A DNA stretch of 64,000 nt from an uncultured delta proteobacterium (GCA_963803975.1 CAWDOY010000053.1:64001-128000); one strand, 5' to 3'; counted from the first letter of the stretch, positions 1 to 12,246 are shown. Notes: generated by a model not told the origin, from the letters alone. A program made the numbers and translations.

Positions 1-236
1 GCTAAAATACCTTGCAGTCTGAGAATAATTTATTATAATCAGCCTGTCTTTTATCGGGGCAGCACGTTTTTAGCAGGGCACCCATCCATCCTGTACAGCA
101 CACGAACTCCGGAATCAGCACGCTGAGGTAGCTTCCTCCTGAAGCAGCCGGAACATTTTATGGCACCCCACACTCACCTCCTGCTGAGCGCTGGTGGCTA
201 TTGTCTAACGTCTGATGTTCGTGCACTAATGAATAT

Positions 237-2239
237 ATGGCTACTATGACACGGGTTATATTCAGTACCTGGGCAGATCGTGTTATTGATAACCGGGGAA
301 AGCCTCCTGAAGCGCAGGCAGCTCCGCCTGATTTTAATCTGCCGGCTGCGTTTGAACAGAATAAAAATATTTCCGCCTTCATGGGCTGGGCCGGTTTTGC
401 GCTGTTTGATGAACAGGCAAGTATTATTGACCTGTCGCGCGCCTATGCTGAAGCCCTCCAGCACTACTCCTGCGGCAAGTGTTACCCCTGCCGGGTGGGA
501 ATAAAAATAATCCACGACATGCTCCTGCGCATAGCAGAGGGAAGCGGCACCGAGGCGGACCTTACTCGTCTGGAGCAGCTCGCCCGTGATATCCAGAAGA
601 GCTCCAAGTGCCAGGTCGGGCAGACCGGGCCCATACCACTTCTTGCCGGCATCAGCTATTTCAGAGACGAATTTTTAAACGCTATTAAGAATAAAACGAG
701 GGTCGCACAAGCAGCAGTATCTCTCACACCTCACGGCTCCCTGCACTGATGCCTGCCCGGTACATCTTGATATACCGTCTTATGTTGAGCTGGTCAAAGA
801 GCGCAAGCTCAAGGAGGCTGCAGAGCTGTTGCGCGAGCGTAACGCTCTTCCCGGCGTATGCGGCAAAGTATGCGTGCGGCCCTGTGAATTCAGCTGCCGG
901 AGGCTGCTGCTTGATGAGTCTATCTGCATTAAGGCTATAAAGCGCTATATTATTGAATATGAATTCGGCCATGGACAGCCCCGTGAGTTCAAGCGCGATG
1001 TTTCAGCACAGCCCGATAAAGTTGCCATCGTCGGGGCAGGGCCTGCCGGTATTGCTGCAGCGTTTTACCTTGGCCGGAAAGGGCATCAGGTAACCATCTT
1101 TGAAGCGCTGCCGGAAGGCGGCGGTATGGCAGCAGTCGGGATTCCTGACTACCGGCTGCCGCGGGATTTTCTGAATTACGAGATTGATGTTGTTAAGAGC
1201 TGCGGCGTTACTATTATCTATGACACGGTCGTGGGAAAAGATATCACCCTGCAGCAGCTCAGGGAGCAGGGCTTTAAAGCGCTGTTTTTGGGCGTGGGCG
1301 CACACGAGAGTAAGAAGATGGGAGTTGACGGGGAGGATAAGGGGTACCGGGGATTCATTCCGGGAGTGGTATTCCTGCGCAATATTAATTTAGGAAAAGA
1401 AGTGCCTCTGGGAGAGCGGCTGGTTGTCGTGGGCGGCGGCAATGTTGCCATTGACTGCGTTCGCTCGGCAGTTCGTCTCGGGTTTAAAGATGTACGGCTT
1501 CTGTACCGGCGCTCGCGGGCAGAAATGCCGGCAGACGAAGTTGAAATCAGGGAAGCTGAAGAAGAGGGGATTGATTTTCACTACTTAACCCTGCCTACGC
1601 GGCTCATTGCCGAAGATGGAGCTGTCAAATCTGTTGAATGCATCCGCATGGAACTCGGGCGAGCCGGACGCAAGCGGCAGGCGCCGGCCAATGCCGGTGG
1701 AAGGCTCCGAATTCATCATAGAGACCGACGTGGTCATTTCCGCGATCGGCCAGGACAGCGATCTGTTTTTTGCTCGGGTCAGAGCCCATTGAGGTGAGCA
1801 AATGGGGAACCATAAAGGTCGATGAGCCGCAGCATGGAGACATCTCTGGCCGGGGTGTTTTCCGGCGGCGATTGTGTAACCGGCCCGGCAACACTTGTTG
1901 AGGCACTTGCCGCGGGAAGCGATGCCGCGCTTGCCATCGACCAATATCTGAGCGGGCAGGAGCCGGAACTTCCCCTCTATCGCAAGCTTGAAAAATTTGC
2001 CGGCGCGGTGAAAGTATTTGATAAAAATGAAAGCATGGGGATTCTGGGCGGACAGCCGCGTCCGGCGTATTGCCTGCCTTCCGGTCGAAGAACGGATCCA
2101 CAGCTTTCAAGAAGTTGACCAGGGATTGACGGCGGAAACAGCGGTTGAGGACGCGGACCGCTGTCTGCGGTGTTACCGGGTGGCGTTGCTGGCGCTTAAG
2201 CAATGTAACCGGGGAGTATGTGGCGCATGGTTACCCTGA
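237..2239 (+). CDS. sfrB: SfrB-like NADPH oxidoreductase beta subunit (NuoF-type 4Fe-4S domain + GltD-like FAD/NADPH domain); split by several frameshifts
   Basis: Consecutive ORFs 237-749, 829-1797, 1607-1792, 1822-2118 and 2018-2239 carry [64 protein letters not shown] and the terminal RCLRCYR. Confidence 0.8.
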
Positions 2240-4850
2240 AGATAAATGGTGCGGTAATTTCCGCAGCAGCAGGTGATACGATACTGGAGGCAGCACAGCG
2301 CGCAGGGATTTATATTCCCCATCTCTGCTATCACCCCAAACTTCATCCCATAGGGTCCTGCAGGCTGTGCGTGGTTGAAATTGAGGGTGTGCGCGATCCC
2401 ATGGCTTCCTGCACCACGCCGGTACAGGAAGGGATAGACGGTAACGATCGATTCCCCGCACCTTCAGCAGCTGAGAAAAGAGGCGCTCAACTATATTCTC
2501 CTCAATCATCCCTTGGAATGCCCGGTGTGCGACAAGGCCGGAGAATGCCGGCTCCAGGACCTGTGCCAGGAGTTCGGTATTACCGGGCAGCCGTTTGCCA
2601 TAGCCGGATGTTCAATTCAAAACAGATTATGATTCGCCGCTTATTGAAAAGCATGACGCCCGCTGCGTCATGTGCGGCCGCTGCGTCAGCATCTGCACGG
2701 AGGTGCAGGGAGTGCATGCCTGGGAATTCAGCAGCCGTGGCTATGATGCGCGGATAGAGACGGTGAGCGGCAAACCTCTTGACTGTGAATTCTGCGGGCA
2801 GTGTATCTCGGTGTGTCCGGTCGGTGCGCTTATCAGCAAGCCTTTTAAGTATACAGCGCGGGTCTGGGAATTGAAAAAGGCTGCTTCAGTATGTCCGTAC
2901 TGCGGCACCGGATGCGCGATTGAGCTCAATGTACACAATAATACGGTAGCGCGCGTGACTTCAGACGACACGTCCTCGCACAACCGCGGCAACCTCTGCA
3001 TCAGAGGCAGCTTTGGATACGGCTTTATCAGCCACCAGGACCGCCTCCATACGCCCCTCATAAAAGAGGAAGGCAAGCTTGCGCCGGTTTGCTGGGATGA
3101 AGCGCTGGATTATGCCGCAGCTTCTTTTACCTCACTCATAAAAAAACACGGCCCTGACTGCATCGCAGGTTTGGGGTCTGCCCATGCTACCAATGAGGAT
3201 AACTATATCTTTCAAAAATTCTTCAGAGCGGTGCTGGGGACAAACAATGTGGATAGCAGCGCCCGCTTCAGCCTGCTCAACGGTATCATGCCGCTGCTGC
3301 GGGGTATCGGTTTTCCTGCGTCGACCAATTCCTTCAGCGAGATAGCACAGTCCCGGTCAATATTTATCGTTGGTTCAGATTTTGCCGCTGAGATGCCGGT
3401 CGCTTCTTTAGCGGTGATTACGGCAGCGCGGGACCATGACGCGCGCCTTATCGTGGCTGCACCAATCGGCACCAAGCTTGATGAGTTTGCCACGACCAGA
3501 CTTCGCTATCGTCCCCAGACCGAGCAGGCGCTGCTGACCGGGATGATAAAAGTGATCATAGAGCGCGGCCTGGTAGAACAAGCAGTTTATTGATAGCTGA
3601 CAAAGAAAACTTTGCCCGTTTAAGGGAAGCTGTTTCTGCTATTTCACTGGCGACGGTCTCAGCGCATACGGGCGTGCCAATGCACCTTATCGAGAAGGCC
3701 GCCAGGGAGATAGCAACTTCCCCGACCGGCGCTATTATCTGCGGTGATTTTCTCCTGAGGCAGAAGAATGGTGAGCGCGCTGTAGAGCAGGCAGTAAATA
3801 TTATGTTTCTGACAGGACATCTGGGCAGGGAAGGGTGCGGATGTTTTTTATCTGTCGGCAGGAATAACCTCCAGGGGCTCTGTGATATGGGGGTCATGGC
3901 AGACCTGCTGCCCGGATACCGGGAGCTATCTGACAGCGAGGTTTTAAAGCAGCTCTGGAAAAAAGATATTCCATCGCAGCCTGGAGTGGCGGCAGACAAA
4001 CTTGTTGAGGCGATTGAGAACGGCAGGATTAAAGGCCTCTATCTCATGGGATGTGACCCGGTGATGAGTTTTGTAAACTCACAAAGAACACAAGCGGCGC
4101 TTGCACAATTAGATTTTCTACTGGTGCAGGACATTTTTATGACCGAGTCCGCACAGCTTGCACACGGTGTCCTGCCGGCTGCAGCATGGGCTGAAAAGGA
4201 AGGTTCTGTTACCAGCGGCGAGCGGCGCATTCAATGGATGGAGCGGGCAGTAGAGCCGTACCGGAATGCGCTTCCTGACTGGCAGATCATTCAGAAGCTT
4301 GCACAACGCTTTGACAATGTATTCCCGTACCACAGTGCCTGGGAAATATTTCAGGAGATCGAAGCAGCGGTACCCTATTATAAGGGAGCACATCGTGCAG
4401 TAAAAAATAGCAATGGCGTGCAGTGGCCAATAACAGAAGATGGTCAGGGGACTCCATGGTTAAAGATGGAAGCAGCTCGCGTACCGTTTTTTGATCCGGG
4501 CTATGCCGCGGATACCATACTATCAGATCCTGCCTATCCATTCACGCTTTTAACCGGGACTTCTCTCTACCACTGCGGTACGCTCTCGACCTATGCTGAG
4601 GGGCCGCTTGCCGTGAGACCCCGGGCATGGATTGAGATCAATCCATTGGATGCAGAACGCCTGGGTATAGAGGGCCGCGATAGTGTTGCGGTCCGCTCCC
4701 CTCAGGGAGGCATTACTGTCGAGGCCCGGTTGAATTCAGCTATTCCTGAGCGTATGCTATTTGCTTCGGATCATTTCAGAGACGCTGGTAATAAACAAGC
4801 TCACCCAGAATACTTCACTATGTCAGGTGACTATTGAAAAAAAGCAGTAG
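2227..4850 (+). CDS. sfrA: SfrA-like / NuoG-FdhA family Fe-S oxidoreductase alpha subunit; frameshifted
   Basis: 2Fe-2S motif [31 protein letters not shown] in an alternate frame, [39 protein letters not shown]; lies directly after the sfrB-like gene. Confidence 0.75.
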
Positions 4851-4895
4851 TGCGCTTTCATTACATAATAATCTGAAAAACAGGGGCTCTATCCG

Positions 4896-5705
4896 ATGAT
4901 AGAAAAGTATTTGCACGGGGTGCCCTTTTTGTTTTTTGAAAATCTGCTGCAATTCAATAACCTCACGCATGCCATCTCAACCAGATCTGGCGGCGCGAGC
5001 AGCGCTCCTTACGCATCGCTCAATTTAGGGGCGGATACAGGAGATGCGCCTGAACGGGTAGCGAAAAATTATGAAATCGTAAGCAGCGCACTCGGGTTTA
5101 ACCTTGCCGCGCTGGTGACATCACAGCAGGTTCATGGCAACCAGTTGGCAGTGATTGATGATTCTTTCATTGGCAGGAGTACGTTTGCCGTGGAACCTCT
5201 CTTGCATGGTTATGATGCTCTGGCAACAAAAAAGCCTGGCCTTACGCTCATGGTGCGCGTTGCTGACTGTGTACCGGTTATTCTGTTTGCACCTGAACAG
5301 AAGATGGTGGCAGTGGTTCATGCAGGATGGCGGGGCACGCTTGCCGGCATTGCAGGAGAAACAGTCAGGGAAATGGTGCTGCGACACCACGCTGACCCCG
5401 GAGCCATCAGAGCAGGGATTGGCCCGGCAATTGGTCCCTGCTGTTATCGCGTTCAGGAGGCAGTTGCAGGAGTTTTTAAAAGAGCACCTGATCTCTATAC
5501 TGCAGTCTTCAGGGAGTCGGGAGGGGAACTGTTTTTAAATCTCTGGGAGGCAAACAGGCTGCAACTGCTTCAGCAGGGAATCCCTGACTGCAATATTGAA
5601 GTTGCAGGGCTCTGCACGGCCTGCCGGCCTGATCTATTCTTCTCCTATCGTGGAGAAAAGGGAAAAACGGGACGGTTTGGTGCGTTTGCCGGATTGGGCA
5701 CGTGA
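4896..5705 (+). CDS. pgeF: PgeF/YfiH family purine nucleoside phosphorylase (laccase-like)
   Basis: [46 protein letters not shown]. Confidence 0.9.
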   Translation: MIEKYLHGVPFLFFENLLQFNNLTHAISTRSGGASSAPYASLNLGADTGDAPERVAKNYEIVSSALGFNLAALVTSQQVHGNQLAVIDDSFIGRSTFAVEPLLHGYDALATKKPGLTLMVRVADCVPVILFAPEQKMVAVVHAGWRGTLAGIAGETVREMVLRHHADPGAIRAGIGPAIGPCCYRVQEAVAGVFKRAPDLYTAVFRESGGELFLNLWEANRLQLLQQGIPDCNIEVAGLCTACRPDLFFSYRGEKGKTGRFGAFAGLGT

Positions 5706-7337
5706 TGGTTTCCCGGACTTGGATTCTTTTTTGGGCCTGAGTTGAATGATGGTATCTTTTTTCCAGGAAGAATCATTTTTATTCGGATAATCCAGGGTGT
5801 AATGCAGGCCGCGGCTCTCTTTGCGTTTGCGAGCGCAGCGTACGATCAGCTCTGCTACCGTGGCAATGTTTCGCAGTTCAATGAGATCTGCGGTGATGAT
5901 AAAATCCCAGTAATAATCAGTAATCTCCTGCTTTAGGAGTTCAATCCTCCGCTGTGCACGCTCCAGCCGCTTATTTGACCGCACAATTCCCACGTAATGC
6001 CACATAAGCCGTCTGATCTCATCCCAGTTGTGGGAAATTACTACGGACTCGTCAATATCAGTGGCATTGCCGGGGTCCCACTGAGGAATGGGCACCGGAT
6101 AATAGCTTCTTTCATGGAGTTCCTTTACTGATTTGAGAGCAGCACGATGTGCATAAACAAGCGCTTCCAGGAGCGAGTTGCTGGCAAGCCGGTTTGCGCC
6201 GTGGAGCCCGGTGCAGGAAACTTCACCGACGGCAAACAGCCCCAGGATATTGGTCTCCCCATAGTTGTTGGTCAACACGCCACCGCAGATATAATGCGCT
6301 GCAGGGACTACGGGGATGGGGGTGGTTGCCATATTAATATTAAAAGAAAGGCATTTTTCGTAAATATTGGGAAAGCGGTGTTTGAGGAAGTTTGAGCGCC
6401 GATGGGTGATATCCAAATAAACACACTCATCACCGCTTTTTTTCAGCTCCGTATCGATTGCCCGGGCCACGATGTCCCGCGGGGCCAGATCCTTAAGCGG
6501 ATGATACTTCTCCATGAAGGGTGTTCCGTCTTTTAACCGCAGAATACCGCCCTCGCCTCTGACTGCTTCAGAGATAAGAAAATTTTTTGCCTGCGGATGG
6601 TAGAGGCAGGTGGGATGAAACTGGATGAACTCCATATTGGCAACCCGGGCTCCTGCACGGTAGGCCATGGCGGTACCGTCTCCGGTAGCTATGTCAGGGT
6701 TGCTGGTATAGAGATAGGTTTTTCCGGCACCGCCGGTGGCCAGCACGGTTACCTTTGCAATAAAGGTGTTTATGTTCTCGGTGTTATTATCAAGGACATA
6801 CACCCCATAGCATACTGTTGTGCCGGTATTTTTGAGCCCCAGTTTTTTTGACGTGATAAGGTCTATGCAGATATGGTTCTCAAATATCTGAATGTTGGGA
6901 TCGGCCCCCACTTTTTTAAGCAGTATCCGCTCAACTTCTCTGCCGGTTAAATCCTTACAGTGAAGGATGCGGCGCGTTGAGTGGCCTCCTTCGCGGCCCA
7001 GATCAAAAGAAGTTTTTCCGTGATGCTTGCCCTTGGTGAAAGGCACTTTCCATTTAATAAGCTCATTAATACGTTCAGGCCCTTCCTGAACAACCAGCTT
7101 TACAACGTCCTCATGACACAGACCATCACCTGCAACAAACGTGTCTTGCATATGCAGATCAAATGAATCCTCTGGCGCCATTACAGCAGCAATGCCGCCC
7201 TGAGCATAGTTGGTGCCGGATTCAACAGAATTTTTTTTCGTGACAATTGCGACACTGCCGTACGGGCTTACTTTCAAAGCATAGCTCAGTCCGGCAATCC
7301 CGCTGCCTATAATGAGAAAGTCAGTTTTAATTTCCAT
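5634..7337 (-). CDS. nadB: L-aspartate oxidase
   Basis: [62 protein letters not shown]. Confidence 0.95.
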   Translation of the reverse strand: MEIKTDFLIIGSGIAGLSYALKVSPYGSVAIVTKKNSVESGTNYAQGGIAAVMAPEDSFDLHMQDTFVAGDGLCHEDVVKLVVQEGPERINELIKWKVPFTKGKHHGKTSFDLGREGGHSTRRILHCKDLTGREVERILLKKVGADPNIQIFENHICIDLITSKKLGLKNTGTTVCYGVYVLDNNTENINTFIAKVTVLATGGAGKTYLYTSNPDIATGDGTAMAYRAGARVANMEFIQFHPTCLYHPQAKNFLISEAVRGEGGILRLKDGTPFMEKYHPLKDLAPRDIVARAIDTELKKSGDECVYLDITHRRSNFLKHRFPNIYEKCLSFNINMATTPIPVVPAAHYICGGVLTNNYGETNILGLFAVGEVSCTGLHGANRLASNSLLEALVYAHRAALKSVKELHERSYYPVPIPQWDPGNATDIDESVVISHNWDEIRRLMWHYVGIVRSNKRLERAQRRIELLKQEITDYYWDFIITADLIELRNIATVAELIVRCARKRKESRGLHYTLDYPNKNDSSWKKDTIIQLRPKKESKSGKPSRAQSGKRTKPSRFSLFSTIGEE

Positions 7338-7570
7338 AGAACTATGATCAGAATTTGATACAGGAGTTTCAAAAATTATATGAGGGTACTGTATATGTCA
7401 AGATAAAGTTTCAAAACTAAATTTCAGAACAGAGCCCCTGGTAAACGTTTGCATTCCTGAAGTTTTTTAACTATAGTTACGATACCGGCTCTTATAGAGC
7501 ACTCAGGGGCGCAATGCTATATTTTTAATGCGGATCTATCGTTTTATTAACAGATTGAGATCAAACCTAT

Positions 7571-8578
7571 ATGCTGATGCTGGGAATTGAGACCTCCTGC
7601 GACGAAACAGCTGCTGCTGTGGTGCGTGATGGGAAACAGATATGTTCCAATGTAATAGCTTCTCAGGTAGATTTACATAAAAAATACGGTGGCGTTGTCC
7701 CCGAGATAGCGTCACGCCAGCACATGGAAAACATTATTCCGGTTATCAGAGAGGCTCTGGATCAGGCGCACGTTGCACTTGATGACATCGAAGGCATAGC
7801 GGTCACTCAGGGGCCAGGGCTGGTGGGGTCACTTCTGGTTGGCATTAATGCTGCCAAGGCCATTGCCTATTGCAGGAGACTGCCCCTGATTGGTATCAAT
7901 CATCTGGAGGGCCATATTTGTGCTGCATCGCTTGAACTGCATGATATTGCATTTCCCGTCGTCGCTCTTGTTGTCTCAGGCGGTCACACCAGTCTCTATC
8001 TGGTAGAGGGTTTTGGAAGGTATAAGCTGCTCGGCAAAACACGAGATGATGCAGCAGGAGAAGCGTTTGATAAGGTAGCAAAGCTTTTAGATCTTGGCTA
8101 TCCCGGAGGTGTTGTTATTGATAAACTGGCACGGCACGGCAATCCTCAAGCAGTAGTGTTTCCCCGTCCCATGCTTGCTGACGAGAGCTTTGACTTTAGC
8201 TTTAGCGGTTTGAAAACGGCGGTTCTTTATTATGTGAAGAGCATCGGCGGAAAACCCTCACCGGAGGCTATAGGCGATATTGTGGCAAGCTTTCAGGATG
8301 CTGTGGTTGATATACTGGTGGAAAAGACCTTCAGGGCTGCGGCGCACTATCAGGTCCAGACCGTCATGCTGGCGGGGGGAGTGGCCTCTAACTCCCGGCT
8401 TAGAGAAAAGATGGGGGATACAGCAGCTGATGGAAATGTGCATGTTTTTATTCCTTCACCAGTTTTATGTACTGATAACGCTGCCATGATAGCTGCAGCA
8501 GGGGAGTATAGAATACGAACGGTTGCGGCATTTCCTTTTTCCATGAATGCCCTGTCCCGGTGGCCTCTTACCGAGTGA
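7571..8578 (+). CDS. tsaD: tRNA N6-adenosine threonylcarbamoyltransferase
   Basis: LGIETSCDET, GGVVPEIASRQH, NHLEGH, VSGGHT, DDAAGEAFDK, CTDNAAMIA. Confidence 0.96.
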   Translation: MLMLGIETSCDETAAAVVRDGKQICSNVIASQVDLHKKYGGVVPEIASRQHMENIIPVIREALDQAHVALDDIEGIAVTQGPGLVGSLLVGINAAKAIAYCRRLPLIGINHLEGHICAASLELHDIAFPVVALVVSGGHTSLYLVEGFGRYKLLGKTRDDAAGEAFDKVAKLLDLGYPGGVVIDKLARHGNPQAVVFPRPMLADESFDFSFSGLKTAVLYYVKSIGGKPSPEAIGDIVASFQDAVVDILVEKTFRAAAHYQVQTVMLAGGVASNSRLREKMGDTAADGNVHVFIPSPVLCTDNAAMIAAAGEYRIRTVAAFPFSMNALSRWPLTE

Positions 8579-8595
8579 AACAGAAGATATGTTTT

Positions 8596-10497
8596 TTACA
8601 GTAAAGGTTTCTGGCTTTTAGGTGGAGGACTGATGGAAGCTTCCGGGACCATTTCTTTCATCAATTCAAACAGTCCCGTGTCGTATTCAGGAGCACCGGA
8701 GAGTACTTTTTCGAGCTTTGTTAGGTCTATTTTATACTGCTGTGCATTGAACCGAGAGTTGGAAAGCATTCTTATTTTTTTGTTAGGGGTGGAAGTAATG
8801 TTTTCGCCCTCCCAGTACAGTTCTTCATGCAATTTTTCGCCGTCTCTTAATCCAATAAATTCGATATTAATATCTTTGTACGGTACCAGTCCGGAGAGCT
8901 CCAGCAGGTTTTTTGCTAAATCGACAATCTTTATCGGTTCTCCCATATCAAGGAGGAAAATATCTCCTCCGCTGCCCATACATCCTGCGAGAAGAACCAG
9001 CTGCACCGCCTCTGGAATAGTCATTAAAAATCGTGTTGTTTCGGGATGCGTAATAGTAAGCGGGCCTCCTTCGGCAATCTGCTTCTTGAACAGCGGAATT
9101 ACGCTTCCGCTGCTGCCTATAACATTACCGAATCTGACTGATATGAATTTTGTGGGCTTATTTTCATAGGTCTGCAGCAATTTCTCGGTCATTCGTTTGG
9201 TTGTTCCCATGATGCTTGATGGATTGACGGCCTTATCGGTAGAAATAAAAACAAATTTTTTAGTGCCTCTTTCAATGCAGACATCAGCCAGCGTTTTTGT
9301 TCCCAGCACATTATTTCTTAGCGCTTCTATAGGGTCCTTTTCCATTAACGGCACGTGTTTGTAAGCTGCAGCATGATAAATGATATCCGGAGCATAGATT
9401 GAGAATATATTCTGCAATTTATCTTTGTTAAGAATATCCCCTATGCACGGTATAAGAGTGAGATGAGGGAACTTTTTATTCAGCTCAAGCTCTATAAAAT
9501 AAAGGTTTTCTTCGTGACGCTCATAGAGAATGATCGTTTTAGGGTTAGAGGCTGAGATCTGTCGACAGATCTCAGATCCAATTGATCCCCCGGCTCCGGT
9601 AACCAGAACACAGGTATTGTTCAATTCTTTATTCAGTATTATTCTGTCACTCTCGCGCTTGAAAGAGATAGAGGGCCTTCCCAATAGTTCATCAGGATGC
9701 ACATCCCGCAGCTGGCTGAAAAAGGTCTTGCCAGTCAGGATGTCACCGATTTTTGGAAGAGTTCTATATTTTATATTGGCCTTATCACAAATAGTACATA
9801 TTTCCAGAAGATCTTTAAGGGGCGCTGAGGGAAGGGCGATAAGCAGTTCATCTATGCTATATTTAGCTGCAAGGTTCGGGATTTCAGCACAGGTACCAAG
9901 GACTTCTACTCCTTTTATTTTAAATCCCTGTTTTGCATTGTTGTCGTCTACAAATCCTATTGGATTGAGATGCAAATCTTCACTATTGCGGATTTCATTA
10001 AGAACAGTTACTCCAGCACTTCCTGCTCCAACTATGAGCACATTTTTCTTTATTTTGTAGCTCTTAGTGGTTTCCAATCCCTCGCGTAGCAGTCTGGTAG
10101 AAAAGCGGACACCGCACAGCAGTAAGAAGATGAGCAGTGTATCAATAATAAAAATGGAACGGGGGAAGGTAATTAAATTATACAGAAAGACCACTGCGGC
10201 GATAAAACTTATTGAACTAAAAAAAATTGACTTGGTAATCTTAGTAATATCTTCCGTGCTGACATAACGCCACCAGCCGCTAAAAAGATCAAAATAATAA
10301 AAGAAGAATAAGCGGGCTACAATAAGAATGGGAGCTGTTTTAAGGATGTTATCAATTTGCTGGGGTGGCAGCTCAAAATCAAAACGTAATAAAAAAGCTA
10401 AACAATATGATATTGGTATTAATATAGTCTGAACGGCAATTATAAGAAGCCGTCTATATTCCATTATAGCATTTATGAAAGATTTTTGATTAGCCAT
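8596..10497 (-). CDS. CapD/PglF-type membrane-bound nucleoside-diphosphate sugar 4,6-dehydratase
   Basis: N-terminal TM helices, VTGAGGSIGSE, HAAAYKHVP, ISTDKAVNP, VRFGNVIGSSGSV, GEKLHEEL. Confidence 0.92.
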   Translation of the reverse strand: MANQKSFINAIMEYRRLLIIAVQTILIPISYCLAFLLRFDFELPPQQIDNILKTAPILIVARLFFFYYFDLFSGWWRYVSTEDITKITKSIFFSSISFIAAVVFLYNLITFPRSIFIIDTLLIFLLLCGVRFSTRLLREGLETTKSYKIKKNVLIVGAGSAGVTVLNEIRNSEDLHLNPIGFVDDNNAKQGFKIKGVEVLGTCAEIPNLAAKYSIDELLIALPSAPLKDLLEICTICDKANIKYRTLPKIGDILTGKTFFSQLRDVHPDELLGRPSISFKRESDRIILNKELNNTCVLVTGAGGSIGSEICRQISASNPKTIILYERHEENLYFIELELNKKFPHLTLIPCIGDILNKDKLQNIFSIYAPDIIYHAAAYKHVPLMEKDPIEALRNNVLGTKTLADVCIERGTKKFVFISTDKAVNPSSIMGTTKRMTEKLLQTYENKPTKFISVRFGNVIGSSGSVIPLFKKQIAEGGPLTITHPETTRFLMTIPEAVQLVLLAGCMGSGGDIFLLDMGEPIKIVDLAKNLLELSGLVPYKDINIEFIGLRDGEKLHEELYWEGENITSTPNKKIRMLSNSRFNAQQYKIDLTKLEKVLSGAPEYDTGLFELMKEMVPEASISPPPKSQKPLL

Positions 10498-10806
10498 TGA
10501 TGAGTGTTGCCGAAGTTTTTTTGATGAGTATCGAATATACCAAAAAGTGTATGGATTTGCAAAAAAATAATATTTTTATAATAATAAGCAGCACCAGTGT
10601 TTCATGTAACATCGGAGCAGTTGTTGTGATTCTTGATACAAGATATAATGATCATAGTTCGTTATTCACCTGCGTTCCTATTTTCAACATTGTTTAATGT
10701 GTGTTATGATTATTGTAAAACAATTGCCCTTGAAACAGTTTTTTTCGTAGCACAAAAAAATCAGGACATCACGTCAATTTAGAATAAGAAAAGCATTGTA
10801 ATTACT

Positions 10807-11667
10807 ATGGCGCCGTTAGTCAGTGTTATCATTCCAACATACAATCGTGCAGCATATCTTCAGAAGGCTTTGCAATCGGTTAAGGAGCAAACGTATCAGC
10901 CTCTGGAAATAATTGTTATTGATGACGGGTCAACTGATGATACCAGAATAATGCTTGAAGGTTATGAGGTCCAACTGCGGTATGTTTATCAGGAGAACAA
11001 GGGGATTTCAGGAGCCCGAAATACAGGCATCAGAAATGCTAACGGAGAGTACGTAGCGTTTCTTGACTCTGATGACTATTGGGTACCAGAAAAAACCGCG
11101 CAACAGGTTGCATTATTTAAACAACACCCTGAATATGGTCTCGTAGCTTCGCGCTGCGCTTCAATACGGCTTGATGGTAGCTACAGAGAAAGAAATCGCC
11201 CCGGCAGATCGGGATGGATTCTTGAAGATCTTTTTAAAGCAAATTTCATTCGCACCTCAGCAGCCATGGTTAAAAAAGAGTGTTTTGAAAATATTGGCTT
11301 ATTTGATGAAGAATTAAAAGAGTGCGAAGAGTATGATCTTTGGCTGCGTATTGCCGCTCAATATCCTATGGGTTTTATAAATAAATCTTTAGCAGTCTAT
11401 GTTGACAACCCGGAAGGGATTAGTACCGATAGCTTAACTGGTCGCCTGTACCGACTGAAGGTTTTAGAAAAGCAGTATCTGCAAGATAAAATTCCTGCAA
11501 ATCTCTATGCCCAAAGAATTGCTAATACGTGTCATTATATTGGCAGACACTATATAAAAAGAGGCGAAAAAGAAACAGGTTTAAGCTATCTTTTGAAAGC
11601 TCAAAAGCTGAGACCCATATATATAAAGAATTTATTATATGTTATTTTATTATATTTTAAATTATAA
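10807..11667 (+). CDS. Family 2 glycosyltransferase
   Basis: VSVIIPTYNRA, IDDGSTD, ARNTG, FLDSDD, EEYDLWLR. Confidence 0.92.
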   Translation: MAPLVSVIIPTYNRAAYLQKALQSVKEQTYQPLEIIVIDDGSTDDTRIMLEGYEVQLRYVYQENKGISGARNTGIRNANGEYVAFLDSDDYWVPEKTAQQVALFKQHPEYGLVASRCASIRLDGSYRERNRPGRSGWILEDLFKANFIRTSAAMVKKECFENIGLFDEELKECEEYDLWLRIAAQYPMGFINKSLAVYVDNPEGISTDSLTGRLYRLKVLEKQYLQDKIPANLYAQRIANTCHYIGRHYIKRGEKETGLSYLLKAQKLRPIYIKNLLYVILLYFKL

Positions 11668-11745
11668 ATAGAAATATTATATTATTAAATACCATAATTT
11701 TAATTATATAATAAGATCAAAATCATTAAATATCGAAAATATTTC

Positions 11746-11774
11746 TTGACATAAAAAATTATTGAGTATATTAT
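11746..11774 (+). promoter_or_regulatory. Sigma70-type promoter
   Basis: TTGACA-17 nt-TATTAT upstream of ORF 11863. Confidence 0.7.
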
Positions 11775-11776
11775 AT

Positions 11777-11842
11777 TAACTAACAGGCATAAAAAAACTA
11801 ACTACCAGGCATAAAAAAACTAACTACCAGGCATAAAAAAGA
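11777..11842 (+). repeat. Three tandem 22-bp direct repeats (TAACTA[A/C]CAGGCATAAAAAA..)
   Basis: Units at 11777-11798, 11799-11820 and 11821-11842, between the promoter and the RBS. Confidence 0.9.
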
Positions 11843-11862
11843 ACAGGAGTGTAAATAAAGTA

Positions 11863-12168
11863 ATGGGTGCATCAGAAAAGATACTTGGTTCCCAACGACT
11901 GGTATGTAAAAATCCTGAATGCGGCTATTTGCTGAAAAAGATCTATTTTTTAGAAGGATGGGAAAAGAAATCTAATGGAAATAACGGAGTTTCCCTGGTA
12001 AGAAATAATGGATCAAGCTATTACGAATGTCCCCAATGCAAAGCGAAAAACTATATAGTTCAGCAGGGAGAAAAGATCATTCTTGAAAAAATAGTCCGGT
12101 TTGAATTGCACAGTTATAATGATACACGGGGAACAGAGCCTGCGGTCATCGCGGAGCATCAAAATTAG
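11863..12168 (+). CDS. Hypothetical protein, putative zinc ribbon
   Basis: AGGAG upstream; CKNPEC and CPQC cysteine pairs. Confidence 0.7.
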   Translation: MGASEKILGSQRLVCKNPECGYLLKKIYFLEGWEKKSNGNNGVSLVRNNGSSYYECPQCKAKNYIVQQGEKIILEKIVRFELHSYNDTRGTEPAVIAEHQN

Positions 12169-12188
12169 ATATACTGAATTGTCGTCAT

Positions 12189-12228
12189 AAAAAAGGGTTG
12201 AGGCTTATAAAAGTTTCAACCCTTTTTT
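12189..12228. terminator. Bidirectional intrinsic terminator
   Basis: AAAAAAGGGTTGA ... TCAACCCTTTTTT hairpin between convergent genes. Confidence 0.75.
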
Positions 12229-12246
12229 AAATGGATTAACTCCTGG

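Noticed and set aside
5634..5705. Functional antisense overlap of the nadB and pgeF 3' ends
   Set aside because: The nadB tail beyond the conserved domain is low in information and may be a frameshift-derived read-through.
11777..11842. Mini-CRISPR
   Set aside because: The repeats are contiguous with no spacers.
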